Assembly: GCA_027327085.1 (NCBI GenBank)
Contig: DAHWAT010000001.1
Span: forward strand, 3,867-67,866
Reading direction: 5' to 3'
Length of the DNA: 64,000 bases
DNA from: Candidatus Saccharimonadota bacterium
Lineage (GTDB): Bacteria; Patescibacteriota; Saccharimonadia; Saccharimonadales; UBA4665
Part shown: one piece after another, positions 27,407-37,627 of the stretch
Numbering within the stretch: the first letter of the stretch is position 1
Layout: each line of letters opens with the position of its first letter
Notes under the pieces: model-generated
Databases searched by the model: none
Seen by the model: the letters and a program-made list of their open reading frames with translations, nothing else
Told to the model about the DNA's origin: nothing
Program-made: the position numbers and the translations under genes

Positions 27407-28864
27407 TTAGTTAAATTTAAAATTAATCGCTAACCTACCAACTAAAAGATAGGCTTGATTTCTTGATGACACACCATAGATAAAACTATTTTTAAACTTT
27501 TTAGCCTCATGTGTGCCTAATTTTTCTAAATCAACAATATCTACACTTAATCCTTTTTTAGTTTGAGCGACTTTGTTTTGGCATAAAACAATAAATTGTT
27601 TAATATCTTCTTCTTTATAATCTAGCTTAAGACTATTAAATAAATGCTTGATTTTAGCTTCGACTAGGCTGACTTCGTCTGCTTTTTCATCAACCGGATC
27701 ATCTTCTTTTAGTATGCCCAGTCGATTCAGGCTGGTATTAATATCTAGTAGTAGCTCGGACTGGTTAGGCTCTAAGTCCTCTATCGTTTCTATTAATTCC
27801 CCTATTTTGACTTTGACTTGATTTTCCTCTAGTGAAACAATATAGGCTGCTTCTTGTTCGGCTGTAGCGTCTAAGCTGTCTGCCTTTATCGCGCTCGTTA
27901 GATCACCCTCAGGAGCAAGATGAGTTTCATCGGTTGACTGATATGGCTCTACTAGCCATTCTTTTTGGTTAAAACTTAAGTCGATGGGCAGATTATCACT
28001 TGCTACCTCAGCAGCTTCAGCAGTCATAGGACTAGCTAAATTGATGTCTATAGACTTTTCTAATAAGTCTGGCTTTTCAATTAAAATTTTTGGTTTAAAC
28101 ACATTGGCTATAGGTTTAACTGCAATTTGCTTAAGCCAAGAGAAAGCTGGTTGGAAGTTTTGCTTAGCCGGCTTACTGTTAGGCCGTATTGCCCCTAATT
28201 GTTCTTTTACCTTACTAGTAGGTTTGGCGATTAAGTTTGGCTTAGATATACTGCTCTCTTCTTTGGGCTTAGTCTTGGCTACATTGGGACCATTTGGTTG
28301 CTGCATAGGTCGTTTTGAAATATCCATGGTTTTCTTTAATTGTTCGTTTGCCTGATTAGGTTTGGCTGTCAATTTTTGCTCACTAGAACCAATGATTTTA
28401 GATGGTTCATCTGAAATTTTATGGCTTAAGTGGTCAATTTCAGCTTGTCGATGGCCTATATCAATAAGTTCTTGCTTAATCTTAGATGGTTTAACGGTCA
28501 TGGTGTCACTGACTTTATTAGTCTGTAGTCTGACTATCGGATCTATTTGAGCTTTACTGCCCTCGTTAGATAAGCTTTTTTGTTTAGCTGATTCCGCCAA
28601 GTTATCGATCAATGACTTAAAACCTTTTAAATCACCCTGTTCTATTATTTGATAAGATTCTCTCATAGCTTCTATGGCAGTATTGCCTAAGCCGTTCAAG
28701 AAGGGACACTCGCCTTTTGCGACTGCCTGATCAAATTCTGAAGTTGTAACATTTAGAAATTGAGGGTGATTATCTGGCTGACTAAGCCCAGCTAAATAAT
28801 TGCCAGATTCAATTGCTTGATTAACTTCTAAATCTAGCCCAGTTAATGCTTCAGCTTGGGCCAT
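27407..28864 (-). CDS. Hypothetical, largely low-complexity protein
   Basis: 485-aa ORF, K/P/S- and E/D-rich; no motif recognised. Confidence 0.6.
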   Translation of the reverse strand: MAQAEALTGLDLEVNQAIESGNYLAGLSQPDNHPQFLNVTTSEFDQAVAKGECPFLNGLGNTAIEAMRESYQIIEQGDLKGFKSLIDNLAESAKQKSLSNEGSKAQIDPIVRLQTNKVSDTMTVKPSKIKQELIDIGHRQAEIDHLSHKISDEPSKIIGSSEQKLTAKPNQANEQLKKTMDISKRPMQQPNGPNVAKTKPKEESSISKPNLIAKPTSKVKEQLGAIRPNSKPAKQNFQPAFSWLKQIAVKPIANVFKPKILIEKPDLLEKSIDINLASPMTAEAAEVASDNLPIDLSFNQKEWLVEPYQSTDETHLAPEGDLTSAIKADSLDATAEQEAAYIVSLEENQVKVKIGELIETIEDLEPNQSELLLDINTSLNRLGILKEDDPVDEKADEVSLVEAKIKHLFNSLKLDYKEEDIKQFIVLCQNKVAQTKKGLSVDIVDLEKLGTHEAKKFKNSFIYGVSSRNQAYLLVGRLAINFKFN

Positions 28865-28868
28865 AAAT

Positions 28869-29111
28869 TTACGATTTTCCTTCTTCTGAAACTATAGCTA
28901 CTAAATAGCTCATGAACATCTTTGGCCAATCCTTTGTCAAATGTTCAATTTTGCATTTAGTTATAAGCTCAGGTACATTTCCCTCTTCCCCCCTAAAAGA
29001 AGTGTCTACGTCCTTTACAGAACTAAGACCAAACACATCTAGGGCGTTATTGACTGATTCCAGGGTAGGATAGCCTGAACCGTTATCAACAAATGGAATT
29101 TCGGGGTTCAT
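28869..29111 (-). CDS. Hypothetical protein
   Basis: 80-aa ORF 4 nt upstream of next gene. Confidence 0.55.
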   Translation of the reverse strand: MNPEIPFVDNGSGYPTLESVNNALDVFGLSSVKDVDTSFRGEEGNVPELITKCKIEHLTKDWPKMFMSYLVAIVSEEGKS

Positions 29112-29171
29112 ATTGTTATTCTAGCCTATTTTACGGTTCTTAACCAAATTCTAGTATTGAAGTAAAGCTGA

Positions 29172-30701
29172 TTAAGCGTAGCCAGAGAAGAAGTCCATCT
29201 TTATATTATGGTGGTGAACTCCCATGCTGAGCAGCGCCAGTTCAACGCTCTCGACCATATCATGAGTACCGGATATGTAAAACAGGCACTCCTCATAATC
29301 CGGTACTGCTCTTTGTAATAAACGTTTATTGATAAGGCCATTGATCATATTTTTTTGATTGGCCTCTTCTTTACCAGATAAAACATAGAGTGTTTTCATA
29401 CCGATAGCACTTCTAGCCTCTTCAAATACGTCTTTATAGGCTATATCGGCTTTAGTTTTAACGGCATAAAGCATTCTGACTGACCGATTTTCCCGATTAT
29501 CGATTAAGTATTTAACCATGCTCCTAAAAGGTGTAACACCTATGCCCCCGGCAATAAAAACCAGTTTTTGTGCTGGATCATTTGGCAAGACAAAGTCACC
29601 GGCAATTTGAGCGGCTACAATTTGTGAGTTTTGATTTATGTCTAGCATAGCCTCTTTAAAACTACTCGATTGCTCATAAAACTTAACACCTATTTTTAGA
29701 GTTGGCTCGGTAGGTGAAGAAGCAATGGTAAACCAACGCCTACTACCCCGATTATCCGGATTCTCATGAGGTAAGGTAAACTCCATATATTGCCCAGGTT
29801 CAAAAGCGAATTGCTTGCCTGGTAAGAACTCAAATTCAACTGTATCTCTAGCTATTTGGATCTTATTTTTCAGTATTGGGAACAGCTTGGTTTTTGAAGA
29901 TACCAGGTAGGCAAAGATGTTACCTATTACTAACCCTATCTCTGGAGTTGTATATACCGAACCGAGATGGACCTGTGGCGCAATTAGAAAGCCCACTATA
30001 CCAGCATAGACAAGTTGTTTATTGCGCGTCGTTGGCGAAGTGTACGGCTCAGTTAGCATTACAAAAGCTAAAAAGAAAGCCGGTGAGCTTAGTGTCATGT
30101 TTTTCAAGTTTAGCAGCACGCCTGATTTATCTATTACAGAATATACAGCAGTAGTTATAGCCGTAACAACTAAGAAAGTGATGACCATGTGCTCTTTTCT
30201 AAGCTTTCTAGTTATTAGTATGCCGCCAATTAACACAAACGGTAACATCATTGCTGTGCCCATCCACCAGCTTGCACCCTGATTAGAACCAAAATAGGTT
30301 AAAACTACCGCTATGGCTGCAGGGTTAAAAATGTGTTTTTGGCCGATTGTTAAAATATATTTTGAGGCAATTGCCAGCCCTGAAGCTGCTAAAACGAATA
30401 GGATACCGAAGTTGTTAAGAGTTGGCGGTATAATCAGGGCAATTATAAGCCCGGTTAAAATCGACGACTCCGGATTAATAGGAGCCTCAAAAATACGGGC
30501 AAATACTAAATTAATAATCCAACAAGCAATTACGGCAATGATAGCACTAAGGCCTATTTGGATTGGACTATAATGCATGTCTTTAACAGCGCTAAGTCCA
30601 ATCGCTACAATAAGTAAGCCTACAAGATAGTAAAGCAGTAGCCTATACATTGATACGCCATTAATCAATTTGTCTATGGGATTAAAAAACTTAAGAAACA
30701 T
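29172..30701 (-). CDS. RnfD/NqrB-like membrane domain fused to FAD/NAD(P)-binding oxidoreductase
   Basis: HIFNPAA, MLTEP.TSP, PGQY, R.FTIASSP, AGGIGVTPFRSM. Confidence 0.88.
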   Translation of the reverse strand: MFLKFFNPIDKLINGVSMYRLLLYYLVGLLIVAIGLSAVKDMHYSPIQIGLSAIIAVIACWIINLVFARIFEAPINPESSILTGLIIALIIPPTLNNFGILFVLAASGLAIASKYILTIGQKHIFNPAAIAVVLTYFGSNQGASWWMGTAMMLPFVLIGGILITRKLRKEHMVITFLVVTAITTAVYSVIDKSGVLLNLKNMTLSSPAFFLAFVMLTEPYTSPTTRNKQLVYAGIVGFLIAPQVHLGSVYTTPEIGLVIGNIFAYLVSSKTKLFPILKNKIQIARDTVEFEFLPGKQFAFEPGQYMEFTLPHENPDNRGSRRWFTIASSPTEPTLKIGVKFYEQSSSFKEAMLDINQNSQIVAAQIAGDFVLPNDPAQKLVFIAGGIGVTPFRSMVKYLIDNRENRSVRMLYAVKTKADIAYKDVFEEARSAIGMKTLYVLSGKEEANQKNMINGLINKRLLQRAVPDYEECLFYISGTHDMVESVELALLSMGVHHHNIKMDFFSGYA

Positions 30702-31425
30702 ATTGGTTAAATCCTGAAGTTAAAGTTGCTATGCCTTTAGTATTAATCATATAAGCCTCATATCCTTTAAGCCTTTCAATAAAATTAATGCCTACCTCGC
30801 CCATAGCGAAGGCAGCTGTTGCTAAACGATCTGCATGGTAAACATTGGGGCCTATGACTGTTAGACTGGCGATACCGACTGGTGACTTATAGCCATCTAA
30901 GGGATTATAGATATGACTACCTCTTATGTAGTTACCTGAGGTTGCCACACCGGCATTAGTTAGCCTAATCACCTTAACAATTTCTGCAATATTAAATGGG
31001 TTACGAATACCAATTTCCCAGGGCTGTCTTTGCTGATTCAAGCCATAGACTTGAATGTCTCCACCTGCTTCAATGTAGAAATCGGTTAACTTGTTAAGCA
31101 ATAGTTGATTAGCGGCATTTTGGATTGCCCAACCCTTTACCAGGCCTGAAGGGTCTATGGTATCGTCTTTTTTATATATTTGAAAAAATCCGTTGGTTTG
31201 CCTTGCGGTCTTATCGCATAAATCTAGGACAAGTTGCATATCTAAAGATAAGTTGGTTTTATGACCCTGATTTAGTAAACTGACCTCACTAGTTTTTTTG
31301 TAGGTACTAAACCGACTATCTATATCTTTAAAATAGTTGAAGCAGTCTTTAATCTTAGCGCTGCTATTTTTATGATTGACTTCGATAGTTATAGGCATTC
31401 CCATTATAATTCTTGTGGCCTTCAT
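30691..31425 (-). CDS. apbE: FAD:protein FMN transferase
   Basis: MGM, FS.Y...SEVS, DPSGLVKGWA, AGGDI, ATSG.Y, AD.LATA. Confidence 0.9.
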   Translation of the reverse strand: MKATRIIMGMPITIEVNHKNSSAKIKDCFNYFKDIDSRFSTYKKTSEVSLLNQGHKTNLSLDMQLVLDLCDKTARQTNGFFQIYKKDDTIDPSGLVKGWAIQNAANQLLLNKLTDFYIEAGGDIQVYGLNQQRQPWEIGIRNPFNIAEIVKVIRLTNAGVATSGNYIRGSHIYNPLDGYKSPVGIASLTVIGPNVYHADRLATAAFAMGEVGINFIERLKGYEAYMINTKGIATLTSGFNQYVS

Positions 31426-31426
31426 T

Positions 31427-31918
31427 TTAAGCCTGTCTTAATGCCGCCTGAAGTGATTGAACAAATGCTTGTGAAGTAAAAGTAGCTCCCGTAATCAGTT
31501 GTACGTTTGCGCTTTGAGCTTGAATTGTTTCTTGTTTTAAATAAGGCATGACTTGTTGGTTAATGATCACTGATGTTGTGTGAGAATTTGGGTATTGCAG
31601 GAATTTAACATCAGTTATTTTGCCGCCACTGATAATCACCCGAACCTGGACATTACCGTAGTAGGCGTTAGCCACACTGCCGGTGTATGTGCCGTCCTTA
31701 TATGTTGCAGAGCTAGACTGACTAGATGTAGTATTAGCATTACTATTACCATTAGCAGGGGGTGTACCCGAGCCGGAAGATGCGCTATTATTGGCACTGG
31801 CTTTTTTTAGAGAAGCTGGTTTTGTTAAAACTGGAGCCACATGCCTTATGCCAACACTATAGATACCAAAGATAATCAGCACAGCGAAACCAATCGTAAC
31901 TTTTTTTGCTAAATTCAT
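31427..31918 (-). CDS. Membrane-anchored FMN-binding protein
   Basis: YKDGTYTG, YG.VQV, ITGATFTS flavinylation motif. Confidence 0.9.
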   Translation of the reverse strand: MNLAKKVTIGFAVLIIFGIYSVGIRHVAPVLTKPASLKKASANNSASSGSGTPPANGNSNANTTSSQSSSATYKDGTYTGSVANAYYGNVQVRVIISGGKITDVKFLQYPNSHTTSVIINQQVMPYLKQETIQAQSANVQLITGATFTSQAFVQSLQAALRQA

Positions 31919-31985
31919 AAATTTTCCGTCTTAATTTGTAATAATGAGGCTATTATCTGGTAAATTCCTGTAATTTTTCTGATTA

Positions 31986-32969
31986 TTAAGCCTTTTTTAA
32001 TTTGATGGTAACGGTTGTGCCTTTAGACTGCACACTAGTAACATAGATGCTGCCACCGTAGTGCTCAGCAATGTCTTTAGCCAGAGGCAAACCTAAGCCG
32101 TATCCACTAGCGTTGGGTCCTTCACTACTAGAAGAACGGTAAAAGTGCTCAAATATATGGGGCATGTCTTTAACGGAAATGCCGATTCCCTCATCTATAA
32201 CTTTTATGACTATAGCTTCATTAGAGGCTTCAACATTAATTTTAATCGGTTGATCGGCTAGACTATATTTGTAAGCATTATCTACAACTATTGTCAGTAA
32301 TTGCTCTAAAGCAGTTGGATCAATCTTAGCCTTTAAGCCTTTAGGGCAACTAATCTTTAGTCTGTTTTTATCCTTTTGTTGACGATTAACTAGGTTAGTC
32401 ACTCCATTTAGGGCTTCCTTTAAGTCAGTTATCTGGCCATTAACCGGTTTGGTGAATTTGAATTTACCCATATATAGCAGGTGTTCCGTTAAGGCTTGTA
32501 GCCGGTCAATGTCTTTGAGATTATTTTGTAGAGTCTCCTCTAGCTGTCTATATGAAGGATGTTTTTGTAATAATATCGATTCTGTATCGGCCTTCATAGC
32601 CGTTATGGGTGTTCTCAGTTCATGGCTGGCTTCCGCCGTAAATCTCAACTGCTGATTATGTGTTTCCTCGATTGGTTTTAAAGTGCGTTTAGCTAAAAAG
32701 AAGCCTAGCCCTATCGATCCACCTAAAACAACCAGATTAAAATAGATAAGATCCTTTTTTAAGATATTGCTTCGATCGCTAAATTCATTTTGCGCAGGCA
32801 GGCTAGTATTGTCGTGATCAAAATCAACTAATTGCTGAAATTGGCTATTTAAGCCTTCACTTAATTCATGGGTAGCAAAGTGGTAAAACACAAAACTAAA
32901 GATAAGACTTAAGGCCATTGTTAAGACTACGTAAACAGTGGTTAATTTAACTATTGCCGAACGAAACAC
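31986..32969 (-). CDS. Sensor histidine kinase
   Basis: Two TM; ASHELRTP, DNAYKYS, DEGIG, GYGLGL. Confidence 0.92.
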   Translation of the reverse strand: MFRSAIVKLTTVYVVLTMALSLIFSFVFYHFATHELSEGLNSQFQQLVDFDHDNTSLPAQNEFSDRSNILKKDLIYFNLVVLGGSIGLGFFLAKRTLKPIEETHNQQLRFTAEASHELRTPITAMKADTESILLQKHPSYRQLEETLQNNLKDIDRLQALTEHLLYMGKFKFTKPVNGQITDLKEALNGVTNLVNRQQKDKNRLKISCPKGLKAKIDPTALEQLLTIVVDNAYKYSLADQPIKINVEASNEAIVIKVIDEGIGISVKDMPHIFEHFYRSSSSEGPNASGYGLGLPLAKDIAEHYGGSIYVTSVQSKGTTVTIKLKKA

Positions 32970-33649
32970 TAATCATCTCCAAGCTTATAGCCAAAGCCAT
33001 GAACAGTATTAATTAATCGTTGGCTACCTGGCAAAACCTTATTGAACTTCTTTCTTAAGGCAGCAATGTAGACTTCTACCGTATTGGGCAAAATGTCGGC
33101 ATCGTCATCCCAAGCATGTAGGATTATGCTATCTTTTGACACAATTTTATCCTTATTATGAGCCAGGTAGGCTAAGAGTTTGAATTCGCGAGGCGACAAT
33201 TTAACGTCAAGCTCTTTTAGGGTGACTCTAAAGGTCTCTAAATTAATTTCAAGATCGCCAGCTTTAACAACTGGACCAATTGAACTCTTTGGTCGTCTAA
33301 GTAGAACTTTTGTCCGCATAATTAGTTCTGCCATTGAAAAAGGTTTAACCATATAATCATCAGCCCCATTTTCAAGGCCGGTCAGTTTATCTGTCATAGA
33401 GCCTAAGGCTGTTAGCATTAAGATCGGCGTTGTTATCTTGTTTTGCCTAACTTTTCGACAAATGGTCAGACCATCAATATCACCCGGCAGCATTCTGTCT
33501 AAAATAATAAGATCGTACTCTGGGCTAAGGGCATAACTTAGGCCGCTATCGGCATCGGCTACAACATCAACAGCAAAATGCTCAGTCATTAAAGACCTCT
33601 TGATGGCCTGGGCAATTCGAGCTTCATCCTCAATCAGTAATATTCTCAT
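32969..33649 (-). CDS. OmpR-family response regulator
   Basis: IEDE, LDRMLP, GADDY..KPF, TV.G.GY. Confidence 0.93.
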   Translation of the reverse strand: MRILLIEDEARIAQAIKRSLMTEHFAVDVVADADSGLSYALSPEYDLIILDRMLPGDIDGLTICRKVRQNKITTPILMLTALGSMTDKLTGLENGADDYMVKPFSMAELIMRTKVLLRRPKSSIGPVVKAGDLEINLETFRVTLKELDVKLSPREFKLLAYLAHNKDKIVSKDSIILHAWDDDADILPNTVEVYIAALRKKFNKVLPGSQRLINTVHGFGYKLGDD

Positions 33650-33678
33650 GACTTTACAGAGTATAACGTATTTTTAGT

Positions 33679-34428
33679 TTAAGCTATATCTCGCTTATTA
33701 AAAAGTAGCCAAGCTAGCGTTAGTGAGACAAATAGATAAGCCAGAAAAACCAGCATGGCATGAGCATGAGAAAGACTAGCATTAGCCACATTGATACCAG
33801 CACCTAGCGTTTGATGAAGAGCACTAAAAGGTAAGTAAACTGTATTCTTTTTAAGCCAGATGCTTAGTAGTCCTTCGACTGTATCAGGCACTATAAAAAG
33901 AGTGACGATTGCACCAATTTGATTGCGGATGATCGCAGCAATAACTAAACCAGCCATTGACATCCCCCAGCCGAACATTAGCCCTCGCCAAATTATTGCA
34001 CCATAGTAGAAATGTTGATATACCAGGTGAACATGATTCACGTTCATGCCAAGTTTGGTCAGTAATGGGGCAAGCAAGCCAACGATGGCCGTCACGGCTA
34101 AACTTAGAACGCTAATGACCAAGAGCTTAGCCAAAAACACCTTGTTACGGTTGTTACTTAAACTAATTGTGTAAGCTGACATATCGTACCTAAACTCATG
34201 CGTAAACAATAATACGCCTATTAGAGCTGGGAATATAGCTAGTGCATTGATAGCTTGTAAATCAACATTAAACAAGTGAGTTGGGTCTAATAAATCAATC
34301 TTGTTGGTATGCCACCCGCCGACATAGAACCCCAGAAGGACTAAAAGAGCTAGCATGATGGCAAAGATAATGTAAGTCGAACGGATAGTAAAAACTTTTC
34401 TAAATTCTGCTATTAATTGTCGGTTCAT
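33679..34428 (-). CDS. ABC-2 type permease
   Basis: Six TM, E.RK..T.RS, EF.Y, AK, C-terminal KRDI. Confidence 0.85.
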   Translation of the reverse strand: MNRQLIAEFRKVFTIRSTYIIFAIMLALLVLLGFYVGGWHTNKIDLLDPTHLFNVDLQAINALAIFPALIGVLLFTHEFRYDMSAYTISLSNNRNKVFLAKLLVISVLSLAVTAIVGLLAPLLTKLGMNVNHVHLVYQHFYYGAIIWRGLMFGWGMSMAGLVIAAIIRNQIGAIVTLFIVPDTVEGLLSIWLKKNTVYLPFSALHQTLGAGINVANASLSHAHAMLVFLAYLFVSLTLAWLLFNKRDIA

Positions 34429-34429
34429 C

Positions 34430-35335
34430 TTAGCCTAACCTTCTTCCTGCAAACTCTTCGCTACCAGCGGTTACTTCCAAAAACGCCTCTTCTAAAGATG
34501 CTCTCTGGTTAGCCAGCTCCAGAATTAAAATCTTATTTTCATAAGCTAATTTACCAATGGTGTCAGTTTTAGTCTTATAGACTTCCAGCCCTTTATCTTT
34601 CGGTTCAAAGGCAATTTTTTGCTCGTTTAATAGCCTTTTAAACTTATCTAGTTGATCTACTCTAACATAAACATGGCTAGCTACGTTTCCGGCAATAAAG
34701 TTCTTCATCGAAGTGTTAGCCAGCAGCTTACCCTTACCTATAACTACTACATTGTCAGCTAGTTGTGACATTTCGCTAAGCAAATGAGACGACACAAAAA
34801 CTCCATGGTCCTTATCGGCGTAGTTTTTTAAGAAATCTCTTAACCAAACGATACCTTCTGGATCAAGACCATTAGCCGGCTCGTCTAAAATTAAATACTT
34901 AGGGCTCGCTAAAAGAGCAGCAGCTAAACCTAAGCGTTGACTCATACCTAAAGAGAATTTAGCTGGGCCTTTTTTGGCTTCGCTGCTTAAACCAACTATT
35001 TCCAGAACTTCATCTACTCGACTCGTAGCGGTGCCGGCTTCAATTGCTAAAATTTTTAGATGTTGGCGAGCACTGCGAGTGGGGTGAAAAGCCTTAGCCT
35101 CTAACAGTATGCCTACCATATCCGATGGTTTGGTGTAAGCATGAAGTGGCTGGCCCTCATATAGTACACTGCCCTGTCCACTATTTAGCCCTAGCATCAT
35201 CCGCATAGTTGTCGATTTACCGGCACCATTAGGCCCTAAAAAGCCCGTCACTTTGCCTGGTTCAACATTGAAAGAAATATCATCAACAGCAAGTTTGTTT
35301 TTATAGGTTTTCGATAGTTTTTTAACCTCAATCAC
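34430..35335 (-). CDS. ABC transporter ATP-binding protein
   Basis: GPNGAGKST, FSLGM.QR, LDEP.NGLDP, SSH. Confidence 0.93.
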   Translation of the reverse strand: MIEVKKLSKTYKNKLAVDDISFNVEPGKVTGFLGPNGAGKSTTMRMMLGLNSGQGSVLYEGQPLHAYTKPSDMVGILLEAKAFHPTRSARQHLKILAIEAGTATSRVDEVLEIVGLSSEAKKGPAKFSLGMSQRLGLAAALLASPKYLILDEPANGLDPEGIVWLRDFLKNYADKDHGVFVSSHLLSEMSQLADNVVVIGKGKLLANTSMKNFIAGNVASHVYVRVDQLDKFKRLLNEQKIAFEPKDKGLEVYKTKTDTIGKLAYENKILILELANQRASLEEAFLEVTAGSEEFAGRRLG

Positions 35336-35374
35336 AGTCTAATTGTACGCTAGTATGACCGATATTACCTAGTC

Positions 35375-35925
35375 TTAGTAGCGGAAACAAGTTTTAAGAT
35401 GATCGTTCACCATTCCGCACGACTGCATAAAAGCATAACAAATTGTCGGTCCAATAAATTTAAAACCTCTTCTTTTTAAATCTTGGCTCAAGCGTATAGC
35501 TGTGGCGTCGAAACTAGGTACTTCTAAAACACTAGAAAAATGATGTTTAATCGTTTTATTATCGACAAATTGCCAAAAATAATTATCTAAGCTGCCAAAT
35601 TCTTCTTGTAGTTTGACTGCCAAACGCGCGTTATTGATAACCGATTCTATTTTTAGTCTATTACGAATTATGGCTTGGTTATTCATTAAGCTACCTATCT
35701 TATGTTCATCATAGTTAGCAATTTTATGAATATTAAAGTTATCAAAAGCAGCTCTATAGGCTTCGCGTCTTTTTAATATAGTTAACCAGTTAAGACCGGC
35801 TTGTGCCCCTTCTAAACAGAGTAATTCAAATAGTAAGCTATCACATGAACTGGGACTCCCCATTCCAGATCATGATAGCGAATATACAAATCGTCGTTTT
35901 TGGCCCATGGGCAACGTTGCTTCAT
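35375..35925 (-). pseudogene. tag: DNA-3-methyladenine glycosylase I with 1-nt frameshift (pseudogene or sequence error)
   Basis: MKQRCPW...YHDLEWGVPVH in one frame, LFELL.LEGAQAGL.W in another; break near 35843. Confidence 0.85.
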
Positions 35926-35951
35926 CTAAACTACACTGCTTGAATAATCAA

Positions 35952-37613
35952 CTACATTGTATCAGGTGCTTCGATACCAAGTAGACTTAGACCTTTTTTT
36001 AGGGTGTCGGCATATACTTTAACTAGACCTAATCTGGTAGCCTGTCTAGGGTCGTCAATTACTCTTGCTTTCTCATAAAAACGATTAAAGGTTTGGGCAA
36101 GCTCATATAGATAGGTGCAAATATGATGCGGCGATAAATCATGAATCGCTCGTTCAACAACCTCGTTATATTCTGTTAATTTACTGATTAAAGGTCGCTC
36201 CAAATCATCAAAGTTTGTTAAATTATTTTTCTCAAACGGCTCAGCTTTCCTTAAAATTGATCGGGCTCTAGCATGAGAATATTGAATGTAGGGACCGCTA
36301 TTGCCTTCTAGGCTAACCGATTCCTCTGGATCATAGATAATATCTCCACCAATACGATTTTTGGTAAAGGCATACTTAATTGCACCGAGAGTTATTCTTT
36401 TATCGTCTTTAGCGGTTGCTGCAAAATTAGCTTTATTGGCAGCATCAATAATATCACTAGCTTTGACAATGTTGCCTTTGCGACTGCTCATTTTTGAGCC
36501 ATGAGCTAGTTTAACTATACCGTGCGTTATATGAAGAGTCTTTTTGGGTAGATCTGGCATGAATAATTCAATGCTTTTAAGAACTACCTTCATATAATCA
36601 ATGATGTCGTTGGCGGTTATAATAATCGATAAGTCAAAGTGGTAATCTTGCCATTTTTTCATGATTAAGCCCACGTCTTTAGCTTCATAGGTTGGCAAGC
36701 CTTCAGAATTAATAAACACCCTAGTGTGTAAATTATATTTATCGCCATTAAATATCACTGCACCCTGACTCTCTTCGTAAACCTCACCTATATGTTGCTT
36801 TACTGTTAAAAGACCCAAGCTGGAGGTTTCGCTTTCTGGGTAAAACTTTTCAAACTCGATACCGATTTGGTTGTAAAAAGACCTGAAGTAATCATAGCTC
36901 CATTGCCTGGTCTCCCAGTAAATTTGAGCAAAGGCTGATTCATGATCGTTTTGGTCATGCAAACCATAGATTTTTTTATTGAACGCAATGATTTGTTGTT
37001 TTACTGCTGCATCTTCTTCATAAGCTTTATTGCCAGCCACATAAGCCTCACTCAACCATTTAGCTCGATCCGCCTGATTAACCGTACTAAGTTTTTCAGG
37101 ATACTCACCACCTAGTTTTTGCATAATGCCCCACATAGCTTTAGCTACATGTAAACCAACATCTCCACCAAAATTTACTCGGTGTACATCAGCACCAACC
37201 AGTTCTAGTAAATTGGCAATGGCATCCCCGATAATACTGGTATAAAGATGCCCGGCATGAAGTATTTTAAATGGATTAGGGTCAGAGTATTCTACGACTA
37301 TTAACTGGTTTTTTAGGCTAGTTGGCGGCTGAGTATTTATAGCTTTGATTAGAGCCTCGTCGGACAAACTTAAGTTAATAAAGCCCGGTCCAGCAATCGA
37401 TACTGTCTTAATTTCGCTTAATTTATTAATTTCCGGAGTTAATTGATCGGCTATTGCCTTAGGGCTTTGACCTATAACACCAGCTAATTTTAAGCAGACA
37501 TTAGTTGAATAATCACCAAATTTTTCATCAGTTCGATCAATCTCGACCTCTATTTTTTGGTTAAATAACTCATTACAAATATCGGCAATATGCTTTTCAA
37601 GTAAGGCTTTCAT
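35952..37613 (-). CDS. argS: Arginine--tRNA ligase
   Basis: FGDYS, GPGFIN, N..K.LHAGH, KMSSRKG, GPYIQY.HAR. Confidence 0.96.
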   Translation of the reverse strand: MKALLEKHIADICNELFNQKIEVEIDRTDEKFGDYSTNVCLKLAGVIGQSPKAIADQLTPEINKLSEIKTVSIAGPGFINLSLSDEALIKAINTQPPTSLKNQLIVVEYSDPNPFKILHAGHLYTSIIGDAIANLLELVGADVHRVNFGGDVGLHVAKAMWGIMQKLGGEYPEKLSTVNQADRAKWLSEAYVAGNKAYEEDAAVKQQIIAFNKKIYGLHDQNDHESAFAQIYWETRQWSYDYFRSFYNQIGIEFEKFYPESETSSLGLLTVKQHIGEVYEESQGAVIFNGDKYNLHTRVFINSEGLPTYEAKDVGLIMKKWQDYHFDLSIIITANDIIDYMKVVLKSIELFMPDLPKKTLHITHGIVKLAHGSKMSSRKGNIVKASDIIDAANKANFAATAKDDKRITLGAIKYAFTKNRIGGDIIYDPEESVSLEGNSGPYIQYSHARARSILRKAEPFEKNNLTNFDDLERPLISKLTEYNEVVERAIHDLSPHHICTYLYELAQTFNRFYEKARVIDDPRQATRLGLVKVYADTLKKGLSLLGIEAPDTM

Positions 37614-37627
37614 GATACTTATTCTAA

